64,000 bases of DNA from Harriotta raleighana (Eukaryota): positions 4,012,463-4,076,462 of the forward strand of contig JBNZDD010013688.1 in NCBI GenBank assembly GCA_050575255.1, written 5' to 3'. The notes beneath the pieces were generated by a model. The model did no database searches. It had not been told where the DNA came from and saw only the letters and a program-made list of their open reading frames with translations. Position numbers and translations under genes: made by a program. The number at the start of each line of letters is the position of its first letter. Position 1 is the stretch's first letter. Below, piece by piece: positions 23,934 to 35,877 of the stretch.

Positions 23934-26900
23934 AGCCAGAGGTGACCCAACCCCTTCCACCCCCAAAATCTCTGTCTCTATGGCCTCACCTCAACTTCTA
24001 TTTACAGCCTCTTTTATAATATCAATGTTGAGATTGGTAGCTCAAAGTGGGACGTTACTCTAGATGTTACCGTTCCATTAATTTACACACAGTCAAGGTA
24101 TGACCTGCAAAGGATTAAAGGTATTACTGAGTGTTAACTGAACTTCTCGTACATTGTCTGAATGAGTAAGTTAGGCTCCCATGTGGTCATGCTTCTCTGA
24201 GTTAAGAAATGACATTCAAAAGAAGTCAAGAGAAATTAAACACACCACACAGCATTAAGTACATGTGAATAAATAGTCATCGTTTTATTGCTAATTTTTA
24301 AAAAAGTATTTGCAGTAGGAACTGATGTCTGGAGGGAGTTCCATTGTGTATGACCGCAGCTAAAGGATTTAAACAGTTCAGTTCTGTCGAATACATTTGT
24401 GTTCAATATTCTGCAATAAACTGGATTGTGATCCTTTTTCACTAATCATTGACATGTTAATTAATTGGGCACTGTGCACCCTTCTGCAAGGCATACCCAG
24501 TATTTTGTTCAGTCTTACGTTCACTCTCGAGAGATAAGAATATTCTCTCCCTGTAGTGCCTGGCAGTATGCATTTCTCCCATTTTTATCTGTACTGAACA
24601 AAGTCTCAATTTGTTTAAAAAGCTGGTAGCGTGATGTGTGTAGTTTGTTTTCAAATGCAGGGGCCCATGAGGATCTCTCTTTAGAACCAGGATCACTGTT
24701 CTTTTCATCTGAGTGGTATTGAATTTAAAAAGTTAACGGTACATTGCATTGCTAGTACAAGACTGATACTAGCATGCAATCAAGAATTCAGCTGCCTATG
24801 AATATAAATTACAAGACCTCTGAACCATCTCTTTACACCTGGTTACTTCTATAATATTTAGGCCTTTAGCTACAATCTGCCTGTGGTACAGGTTTAACAC
24901 TTCTTTGAGGGACTGTAAGAATAGTTTGAACCCTGACGAGAAATAATACAATTCAAATTTTCTTCAAGTGTTCCCTAGAAATGGAACTGTGGTCTGCAGG
25001 TGGTTTTATTTCTCAGGATCAAAACTAGCTCCTCATTCCTTGAAGAATTGGAGCAATAAAAACGCAAATGTACCTAAACCAGCATCAAATGCAACAGACA
25101 TTGCACAGTAAGACCTTTTGCCTCCTCCTCTATCACTCCCCTCTCCCAATATCTAAAGTATTAAAGTAGGTACAGTATTAATGTGATGGACCGTACTAAT
25201 ACAATTACCGTGAGCAACCAGCGTAATGAAAGGTGGCATTTTTGCACCGCTTTGCAAAAAATTGAGCTGAGCTTTGTTTTTAAGTATTCAACAAAAGTAA
25301 TTTATATTTATTGGGAACGGTTGCTGTGTTTTGTTGTTGTCCTTGTTTATTTCGACCCCCATCCTCTCTATCCGACCTTAGCTCCTGAACTGGAGTAAGG
25401 TTCCCCTTGCCTAGAAATAAAAATGTTTCTTGCTCGCCTTGCAACATTGCTGCCTTTTATCAAGCCAGCTGTGGCAAAGAGTTGTACATTTTGCCTTTTT
25501 TTTTTTACTTTGTTTCAATATTTCTGATTGAGGAGTGAATGCCTATGACCTTAAGAAAACTGCTCAGGAGGAGTTGACAAGACTAGCAGGTATAAAGGAG
25601 CTAAATTAACCTTCACTGTTAAAATGTCAGCCTGGCTGGAGCACTCTGGGTCAATAACTAATCTCTGCTGATAAGTGTGTTCCTTCTCCCCCCTTATGAC
25701 ATTCGTCACACTTCCTATCTCAATAGTATTTCAACAAAAATCCGAAATAAAATCCTCCCACCGTCCCCCACCCAAAAAAAAAGCAACAGAACAAAATCGA
25801 ATCGTGCAGTATTGCAAGATCAGTATTCTGTTTGTAATACTGTAGTGAGTTGACATCCTGAATGCTTGTCTTTTGGGAGATGGCAAAAATACTACTGGAG
25901 CCGAGCAAAGTGGATTTGAACAGAATATGTGCCTTTCGGTAAACACTTCGGTGTTCAAAGGGCAAAGAGAGATTGAAAGAGATAATTTAATGTACTCATT
26001 TCATTGATGCTGGACTGGTGATTCAAACAAAATGCAAACGTGATTAGATTAAAATCGTAAATTTGGGTTTGATAGAAAATTCTAGCTGAAAAGTGAAAGA
26101 GAAAACTACATTCCAAACTGCACTAATCCATACTAATTCATCTATAATTCAATTGCAAGCTGTATCATTCCTACCAGAAAATGAACCACGTTTGTTGTTC
26201 TGTTAAAGCCGCCTGTGGTTCTACCGCTGAGTTGCTTCTCCCCAGGCTGTATAGATTTTGAGCAGAAAGGTAAAATGAAAATGTCTTTTAACAATGCTTT
26301 AGTCTTTTAATATGTTTAAATTTAAGACCTTTTCAAAATTAAAGATGATAGATTTTGTTATAAAACCACTAATGGACTCTTATTCGTTGTACCCTTATTA
26401 AATAACTTAGAAAGAATTAACCTGTATTTTATTGGGTCTTATCTCAGCAAAAGTCTCCAATTCCTCAACAAGTAATTACTGTCAAATCAAGTGAATTTTG
26501 TTTTGCAGTCTCCTTTGTAAGCAACTGTATTTTGGCCCAGTGATCTAGCAAAAAGCATACCAGAGCCTCAGTAATAATTAGCATTTATGAAGGCTAGACA
26601 TTTGCAGAGTCCTCATGAGACAAGTGTAAGATAAACTCACGGTGAGTGTTTTGCAGTCTCATTTTCCCCCTCCTTGAACCGAAATACAGTCTTTCTGAAC
26701 CAGCGGCTGTCAAAAGAAGAGTGAAAGGCCTCGTTTCATTTTTGTTGGTCATTTTTAATGGTAATTCTACGTTGTGAAAGAGAGCCATGAATATACAGTA
26801 ATATGTTTATAACTCATGCCTGAGAATGTCGGAAAGAATTATGACCTGGGTTTGTGTGTGTACATGGATTCACCTCTACCAAACTTTATGAGATTGAACA

Positions 26901-27259
26901 CTCAAATCTCTTTCTCCTGTGAGTACAGCAGTTATAATTACTAAGCAGCTCACACAGAAATATGCTGTCTCCCACTGCTGTTTTCATTAGGCAAACAGAA
27001 CAGAGCAGGTTATAATTTTAAAGTATTATCCCTGCTCAACAGGTAGTTAATTGGTTTATACTGAATAAAGCACCTTTGCTCTAGAGAATGATTAAAAAAA
27101 AATATCTTGCTTTTGCTCAGGGGAAGAATGCATGCATTGTTGTGTCCTAACAACTTTTTGAAGGTTTCAGTTTGCAGAGCAACTACAATCTAACCTCTTA
27201 AGTATATGCCCCCTATGGAGATGACAACAACTTGTATTTATTTAGCACCCTTAACGTGG

Positions 27260-27512
27260 GATAATAATAATAATCTGCATTCAATAAAGTGCTTTTCACG
27301 TCTTTTAGACGTCTCAAAATGCTTCACAGAATATACTGTAATGTGAATTGACAGCCAATTGTGCACAGCAGTGTCCCACAAACAGTGGATTGAAATGACC
27401 AATTTTATTGAGGGATTATTATTAGGCATGTGGAGTAAGGAAACTTTCCCAAGGTTAACATGGGTCTCATGCTTGTAAGGCGAGTGTTCTAACCAATGAA
27501 CTACAGGACTCC
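27260..27512 (-). mobile_element. Near full-length SINE family A inserted into a minus-strand L2 tail
   Basis: The head (ggagtcctgtag...) ends at 27512. The flanks 27225-27260 and 27525-27560 join into one L2 tail like 2140-2215. Confidence 0.85.
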
Positions 27513-28587
27513 TGGAGTCCTGTAATATCCCGGAGTGCTTGACAGAGGCAGAGTCTGACCTTAAACCAGCTTTTTGTAATAATCAATTTTAAATTAATTT
27601 TACTGTAGTCAAACGGGAAAACTGCGATACAGCACATAGAAAATTATTTGGGCAGGACAAGTTTGCAGGGCTATGGGGAGAGATGGGGAGTAGGATTCTA
27701 TAAAGCGTTTATAATAAAAAAAGGTTTGAGGGGATAGTTAGTATATTCTAACACTCAAGTGAACAAATAAGCAGCTGCTGAACACATTAAATGTGCCAAA
27801 TTGTGTGAAGGGAATATGATCACAATGTGTATTTTAGTAGTTAACTTGGAAATTCAGGAGTTTACAGGACATTAAATGGATCCTGTGTGCAAACAAATGA
27901 ACCATTTGTTGGTCAGCTGAGTTTAAGAGTTTAAGAGTTTTAAGAGTTTCCAAGCCAAACTGAGGTCTCCATGCATCCTACCTACACATAGAAATTCCAG
28001 CGATAGATTGTTAGAATTAAATGCGCACTCTCTCCCTGTAGGAACGCATCCTGCTTCCCCAATTCTGGAAAGTATTAGGGAGCCACAAGCCTTGCAAATC
28101 TATAGAGATTCACGCTTGCTCACTATTCTGCTGCCTGATATGTTGCAATTAAAAAAAAGTTTCAAATTGGATTGCTCCAGAGTTTTTTAATTAAGGGAAT
28201 AATTTGGAGTTCTGCAGCTTTACTGTAACAGATAGCTTATGGCAGATGCTGATTAGCGTTTGAGATGATAAAATATACTTGTTAAACCATTCTGTTTCTC
28301 ATATTGTACAGGTCGTGACCATAAATTTGGACATACTGTATTACTGCAAGACAGCAGGAGACAATAACCTTGTTTTTTTTAAAAAGTGGCGTCTAAATTA
28401 ATCATGCCTGTGCCTGTCAGTGTCTTAACCCTCAATAATGGAAAGTCTTTTCATGTTTTCCTTTGTTCTCCATTTAGTATTTTCTTTTGCTAGCATTGCT
28501 CTTTTGCAGCAAAAATAAGAGTTATGAAAAGCAGATCACATAATCGAAGGAAAATATATATTGATAAAATACGCTTAAATGTAAATG

Positions 28588-28750
28588 ATAATAATATTAA
28601 TCCTTGCATTTGAGATGATGCCTTATCATGTCANAAAGGTTCATGGGATGCATTGTGGTGACTGTATATTTTGTGGGTGAAATTCGGAAGCCTATCACAT
28701 ATAGCGACATCCCACAAACAATTGTGGAGTGAAGTGACCATTTATTATTA
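28588..28750 (-). mobile_element. Degraded SINE family A copy with a single N at 28634
   Basis: atccttgcatttga...gtgactgtatatttt gtgggtgaaa...cccacaaaca. Confidence 0.7.
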
Positions 28751-29257
28751 TTATTACTTTTTTTATTATTTATTATTATTTGGGGATAAAAAATAGATTT
28801 AATGATTATGCTCCAGTTTTCTATTAATAGTGTAATACTAAACAAATGGTTGATTGTTGTTGTAATTATTAAGTAATACAGTACTTTGAATTGGAGGCAT
28901 TAACTTTGGGGAAATTGACATTTATTTTAGTTTGACATTGGTTGTATCAGCAAATAATAAACCCACAGAGGAGGGGTCTATAAAATAATAGTTTCACAAA
29001 CTTTTTTTTAAAGTGACAGTAAATTTAAAAACTTGAAGTAATGAACGACTTGAAAGAGAATGGTTAAAATTAGGCTTACACTAAAATGATTTTTAAAAAG
29101 ATTTTCTGATCAGAGACTTGTGTTGTTTGGAATCTATTTCACGAAAAAGTCTAGATTTTTAGAGACTGGAATTTGGGGATGTAAGGATCAAGGCTGCTGC
29201 CAATTTCAGCTTCTTTTTAACACATTACATTTTGGTCCCAATATTGATTATACACAT

Positions 29258-29485
29258 ATATGCCCACATATAAACAGTCAATTCGCTTTACACTATATTC
29301 TGTGAAGCGCTTTGAAAAGTCTAGAAGATGTAAAAAGCGCTATTTCAAATGCAAGGATTATTTTTATTATTATGGAGTGCGTCAAATGCATAGATATCTG
29401 CAAATAACCTATGCTTTTAAATTTCTTCAGCTCCTTGGGACGTTGTCCCGACGTGAAAGGCACTCTACAAATGTTATTTAGTTGA
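29258..29485 (+). mobile_element. SINE family A tail followed by an L2 tail
   Basis: Tail motifs at 29258-29372 and 29425-29485. Confidence 0.75.
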
Positions 29486-29811
29486 TTAGTTCTTTCATTG
29501 CTGACGACTCCACATTTGTGCTTTAACCAAAAGGATAGGATAGTCTTAAATTGCTACCATCAAACCTTCTCCTTAATGATCTGGTTGAGAATCAGCATAG
29601 ATTAATGAAAGGGTTCAGGAAATATGCTGCCTGTTCCCCAAACCCCTCCATAGTTAGTCTGCTGGCAGCAGTATAATAATAATAATAATAATAATCCTTG
29701 CATTTGATATTTTGCTTTTCACATTTTACCACATACACAACTGTGAGGGAGCTTGGCAACTTTGTGTTTAACCATGAGCTTCTAGAAGTGGGTGAGGCTA
29801 CGATTTACACT

Positions 29812-30114
29812 TAATAATAAACCTAATTTGATACAGTGCTTTTTACATCTTCTAGACGTCTCAAAGTGCTTCACAGAATATATGGTAATATAAATTGACT
29901 GTATATTTGTGGGCGAAATGCTGCAGCCAATTGTACACAGCAGTGACCCACAAACAGTCATGGATTGAAATGACCAATTTTTTTGAGGGATTATTATTAG
30001 GCATGTGGAGAAAGGAAACTTGCCCAAAGTTTCGCCCTGACCTGCCTGGATTTGAAACACAGGTCTCACGCTTGTAAAGCAAGTGCTCTAACCACTGAGC
30101 TGCAGGAACTCCAC
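29812..30114 (-). mobile_element. Full-length SINE family A (tRNA-derived head, Deu core, L2-like tail)
   Basis: The minus strand starts gtggagttcctgcagctcagtggttagagcac (A box) and has a B-box-like gtttcaaatcc. Confidence 0.9.
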
Positions 30115-31781
30115 TTAATTAATATCTTTCAAGGTGCTTGACGTTTCTGACTGGGTCTGGCTGGCACCTTTGAGGTGGAATTCCTTGGAATTGGATATGT
30201 ACTTTACATTATACCAAACAATGAAAAATAACCCTTTAAGACGATTGCACTGGAACTCTGGCTGAGTCAGACTGTCTCCATTTACAAAAAAAATTGCTTT
30301 TGAGTGCATTCAATCTTTCAGCAAACTGAACGAATCTTCATTTCCAGATGGAAAGTCTGTCTTACTCCACCAATTAATTCCTTCAGGATGTATAATAGTA
30401 TTATAATATTTAATATTCTGTTAATATTGATGCCTGTTCTAATCTATTTTAAATATTGTACATTTACGTATTTTCCCGTTGAATCCAAATATTTTCTGTG
30501 TATGATCTTCCCTTTGGGATGTTAATTGATGGGTATTTACCACAGTTTGCTGGGTTTTGCTTCAGTCCTTTTACAAATTTTGTTTTTATTTGATTCTCTT
30601 CTTAATGCGCTCAATGGTAATGCCATTAACCTCGAAGTTCTTTGTTGTGTGCCTTGGGATGTCCTCCCAACATGAAAGGCGCTATGCAAATGTCTATTCA
30701 GACATCTTAGCCATGATTTTGCCAAACTGTTGAGCTCCGACTGGCTGAGTAGTTTTCTATGACTTGGCATCCAAACTATGGAAGTTGTGTAACTTACATA
30801 GAACCTTTAGAGACCGATTTTACTTCCTTTCAGAGAGAGACTAGAAATTGAGCTTTTTTTTTCGCGGGCACATTAAATTTAAGCATGAATGAAAGACATC
30901 TCAGTTCCTTTAAGGAGCGAATGGATGTGTTATGCTCACTTGTGCTTTTGTCACATGTGAGAAAAGTCATGTTGGATCAGCTCACTCCTATCATTAGCAC
31001 AAGTTTGAAACTTTCGTTCTTGGTTCTGAGAGTACAAGTTATTCGATCAACCTTTGAGATAGTCACTGGCTTTATTCCAGAATAGAAACCATCAGGAGAG
31101 TTACTGACAATATTTGCTTGTCTGCGATGAGTAAAACAGGCTGCCAACCTCATAATACTTTGACGATGTACTAGAAACTGCACCATACTGTCTCAATTTA
31201 TTTCAGGCCAATGAACAAGTTGTCACTTTTATTTCAGGTTATAATTTTGCAGTGTTTGAAATGGGTTCACTGTTAGCATCCTAATGAAACAGATATATTC
31301 TAAATGAGTATTATAATGCTTCCTACCTTAAGACTTCAGACCTTGAATATTGAGCTGTTTCCGGTGAGAATGGAGGTTCTACTTTGGAGCTTTCTCTAAA
31401 ATCTTTCACAAGATCTTACCTAAGGTGTATATTTTACACCTGGAGATTCAATTCAGGCAATCAAGGCGAATTGTTATTTCTAGAATGCTGAAAAGGTCAT
31501 TGAGGTATTCTCTTGCCAAATATTTTAAATCCTGCCTCGCTGAAGCTCACAAGGCTTTCAATAGAGTGGAGAGCAGAGAGCCAAAGAACAAAAGAAGTTA
31601 ATTAAAAATAACTGAGAGGTAGACTATTGCCCGTACTACTCAGCACTGAAAAGAAACAGTTAAAAATAGTTGTATTGCCATCTCAACCATGGAGCAGACT
31701 TTTAAAATATTTCCAAATCGATGGAGCTTTTTTCAGGCAGGAATGGTTCTGACTAAATATAGAAACTCCGATCTCTCACTG

Positions 31782-32330
31782 TTGTACTTCGTTTTGGCAG
31801 AGGGCAACCTCATTTTAGCCTCTCTGGACGCAATCCAATCCTCTACATTAGGAAGACCAGATTGGGTGACCGATTTGCCGAACACCTCCATTCTGTCCAT
31901 AAATACAACCCTGATCTACCAGTTTCTTGCTATTTCAGCTCCTTCCCATTCACAGTCTGATCTCTCCATTCCAATGAACTGCAGCGCAAGCTCGAGAAAC
32001 AGCACCTTATCTGTCTGCTAGGGACCTTAATATTGATTTCAATAATTTCAGGCCATAACATTTCACCTTCTATTTCCCCCTCTTCTGTGAATTGACTGTA
32101 TTGGTCCTCCCGATGTGAAAGGCGCTTTATCAATGTAATTTTGTTAATTTTGTGACCATCTTTCTTGTCCTTTTTTTTGCAATTTCACCCCATCTTTATT
32201 TAACGTTATTACCATCTCTTCTCAACGTTCCATGTTGACTCACTTTCCTTTCTCCATAGATTATGCCTAATTTGCTGAGTGTTCCCAGTGATTTCTGTTT
32301 TTGTTTCAGATGTCCAGTATCTTCAGTATT
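31782..32330 (+). mobile_element. Penelope-like element remnant: degenerate GIY-YIG endonuclease and terminal-repeat tail, interrupted by an L2 tail (about 32055-32150)
   Basis: Frameshifted LYIG...RLGDRFAEHLHSVHKYNPDLPVSCYF...NELQRKLEKQHLICLLGTL...IDFNNF. The tail ttgctgagtgttcccagtgatttctgttttt matches the reverse of 41818-41862. Confidence 0.8.
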
Positions 32331-33397
32331 TTGCAAGGATTATTATTACTATTGAAATTCTGCTTGTAAAGTACAAACTCTACATAGGGAGATAATGTCT
32401 TCAATCTTCAACATATTGTAGCTTCACTGTTTTGATTGAATCTTTTTTTTTGATCTACATAGTTATTTGATTCAATTGAGTATGCTCCTATTTATTTAGT
32501 AGCCACATGCTCCAGACTAATTTGTTAATTCCAGAATAAATTTCAATCTTTTTTTTAAAAAAAGCAAAATAAATAGCATGTATTGGTGGATGAACAAATC
32601 TCAGAATTCCAAAGCAGGTAACATGAGAACACACTGACTCATTAATAAGAATCAAAAAGCAGTGTAGTACAAGACATTTACATTTTCAAAGCGGAATTCT
32701 CAGGACGTTAACAAACAAGCTCACTCTTGACAGCAGTCAGAGACTCGTGAATTCCCCACAGTGTTGAGAATCTTGAATTGGCTTTCTTTGACACGCTTCA
32801 CCGTGTCCCAGCAAGCCAGTTAGGCATTCATAGCACATTACTTTATAACACACATGGTTGTTTGCTGTGCTTTCCCTCAGTTTTGGCGTTCTGATTGAAC
32901 TCTTGGAAGGGATGCGGAATAGAACAAATTAATTCTCAGACAGCTGTGTTGTACATTTTTAATTTTTTGTAAAATTATCCGAAGCTGCTAAGAATAAATC
33001 TCTTTTCCATTCACTTTAGGGCTTGCCTTACATCCTGCTTTTGTATCAGCATGCTTGAATGAATCTGACTTTTTATTTTACCCATTCATGGAGTGAATTT
33101 GTCTTCAATCCATGCTCTGGCCAGTACTTATTTAAATCAATTAAACGCTAGTTGTGCATTTACGGCATCTCCTGGTGCCACTTATAATAGTTTCTTGCTT
33201 GCTGCAAAGCGTTTCTGAGCTATTTCCTTTCATTGGTTTGTTTCTGTATAGACTTTACTTTTCACTTGTGGTCAATAGCTCTCTGTCTATATTTGAAGTT
33301 CCTTATCCTAAAAGAAATTCACAAATTGACAAATTGGGCATGATAAGAAATCCCCAGTGTATGATTTCACAATTGCTACATTATGTACGATAATATA

Positions 33398-33662
33398 CAG
33401 GTATCCTCCGATTTACGACTACGATTTAAGGTTGTGTTCCTGAAAAATGTCACGCAAATCGAAACGGTGTAAATCGAAATGAGGTTTCCCATGTGGTCTC
33501 ATGAAATACACTGTGTACTGCGCAGGGACAAAACAGACGCGCCAATTTTTTTTGTCGTTTAAACAAAACCAAATGTCGTATATCGATAAAAAGGTGTTAA
33601 AAAATGATGTTCGTTAAATCGAAACAGTGTAAATAGAACCATCGTAAATGGGGGGATATTTG
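33398..33662. mobile_element. Tc1/mariner (Tigger-type) MITE with TA target-site duplication
   Basis: TIR caggtatcctccgatttacga and reverse-complemented right TIR caaatatccccccatttacga match at 17/21. TA on both sides; internal repeated gtaaatcgaa motifs. Confidence 0.85.
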
Positions 33663-34687
33663 TATGTGTTAATGATTGCATACTGCATGTGATTTTCAAA
33701 GAATACTATGAACCACATTTCAAAGAGCCACATTTGTGCTGTACTTTAGTCGTTCAATCAACTCATTCACAAACACATTCTAAATTCTTCTTTGAATTGA
33801 AGTTATGGATCCAGATCTTTTTATATCTGGGATCCAGGTCATTTTCAACTGGATGTGTGGTTTAACAGTGAAAAGAGGGAGAATAGAGAATAGAGGTAAG
33901 AACTGTAGTTGGAGTTGCCAAATAAGAGCCGAAAAGGGATTGGGGAGTGGATTCAGAAATTAAGAACCACAGTACATTGGAGGTGGGTGGATACTAATAG
34001 CATTAATTATCCTTCCAAGCTAATTTCCGTGCAGAATCATAATGCATAAATAACCATAAGCAATGCTTAGCTAGCTAAATTAAACGGCCGTGGACACACA
34101 GAAAGGTTATAAACCCAGAATTGCTTGATTTTTGGTCCCTGGGGTGTTTTGAATTACAATTAACACACTGGAGGAGCGGGGCAACCAGAGCCATAAGTTG
34201 GAGAAAGATAGTAAGCAGGGCAGCGGGGAAAAGTTTATTTGTCCCAATTTAGATTTTAACTGCTTTTGCTCGGATATTTTAAATGCCTTAGATATAGCTT
34301 AATTTCGTACACCTGCACATCAGAGGTGATGCTAGAATTGGAGACAGTTTCAAAAATGGTTAACTCGCTAAGTGCTTGCTGAGTGCTTTGATCAGTTCAG
34401 AATCCTATTGTCCAGAATGGAGCCTATTTGGTTTTGTCCATTAATGGAGTGCTCCGGGTGAGCTTGTTTTTATGTTTAGTTTGGATAAAACCTTTATTCA
34501 CAGCTAACATGTTTCAATGTAAAGTTAGAATGTGCTTTTTCTGTGATTCTGTTTCTGTGAAGAGCAATTTATCCTTTGTCCTAGGTATGCGTTTTTATAA
34601 ATCGCTGATCACAACCTTGAAAGCAAAATACAAAGGCAGAGGCATCAGGGATAAAATTCCACCTGAGTCTAGATTTATTCTTGTCAG

Positions 34688-35033
34688 CCTGGCTCAGTGA
34701 CACCACTTTCATTTCTGAGTCAGAAGATTATGGGTTCAAGCCCCAAGGAGCGGAATTGGAATCACACAGACTAAGCTGACACTCCAATGTGATGCTTGGG
34801 CATGCTACCTTGTTGGAGATACCAGGTTTGGATGAGACGTTCAACCTAGATCCTATCTGCCTGTTCAGGTGTACTTTAAAGATCACATTGCACTGTTCAA
34901 AAAGAGAAGGTTTTTTGTTCCCAGGGTCCTGGCCAACAGAACAAGCTCAAATACAAATTGGTCACTCATTCCATAGCTGTTTGTGGGACGTTGCTGTGTG
35001 AAAGGTGCTCTATAAATGTAATTTTGTTGTTGT
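34688..35033 (+). mobile_element. Nearly complete SacSINE1-like DeuSINE ending in an L2-type tail
   Basis: ggctcagt...tctgagtcagaagattatgggttcaag...ggatgagacgttcaacc...gtcctggccaac...gctgtttgtgggacgttgctgtg. Confidence 0.75.
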
Positions 35034-35139
35034 GTGTAACTGTCTGCTGTTTGTTACCCACAAAATACACAGTCAATCCGTTTCACAGTGTATCCTATGA
35101 AGCACTCACATCTTGATGACTTGATAAGGCATCTTGATA

Positions 35140-35877
35140 AGGCATCTTGTTTGACACTGAACTGTCCTTCCTCCCTCATATCCGTGCCATGACCGGTACA
35201 GCGTTCCACCACCTCCGTAACGTTGTCAGCCTCCGCCACTACCTCACGCTCCATGCTGCCGAAACACTCATACATGTTTTCATTACATCCAGGCCGGATT
35301 ACGGGAACTCTCTCCTCGTCAGCCTTCGCAGCTCCTCCCTTCACAAGCTGCAGATTATTCAGAACTCTGCAGCTCGTGTACTCTCCCGCACTAGGCTTCA
35401 CAACCACATCACTCCCACCCTCGCCCGTCTCCACTGGCTCCTCATGCCCCAGAGGATCCCCAGAGAATCAAATTCAAGATTCTTGTCTTCACCTTCAAGA
35501 CCATACACGTCCTTGCCCCCGCCTATCTCTCCGACCTACTGTCTCCCTATCAGCCTGTCTGCCCCCTCCGCTCAGCAGGCTCTGGCCTGCTCCGAGTTCA
35601 CCGCCCCAACCACCCTACCATCAGTGGCCGGGCTTTCAGCCTCTCTGCTCCCACACTGTGAAACTCCATCCCACAATCCCTTCACCTCACTTCCTCCCTT
35701 TCCTCCTTCAAGGCCAGTGTCAAGACCTTCCTCTTCGACCATGCCTTCTGCTCCCCTCCTAACTTCCCCCTCTCCTACTCTCCTTGCCCTTCCGCCTACC
35801 ACAACCCTTTCCCCCCATGCTCAGGTCCCGACCTGATTGAAAGGCACCCTATAAATGTAGTTTTGTTGTTGTTGTTG
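35140..35877 (+). mobile_element. 5'-truncated L2 LINE (RT C-terminal half and 3'UTR) nested in a SINE family A tail
   Basis: ORF 35147 gives FHHLRNV...AETLIHVFITSRPDYGNSLL...KLQIIQNSAARVL...HITPTLARLHWL, typical of L2. SINE halves lie at 35053-35130 and 35878-35920. Confidence 0.92.

Noticed and set aside
23689-24063. Cys/Val-rich and His/Thr-rich ORFs
   Set aside because: They are translations of the (TG)n microsatellite.
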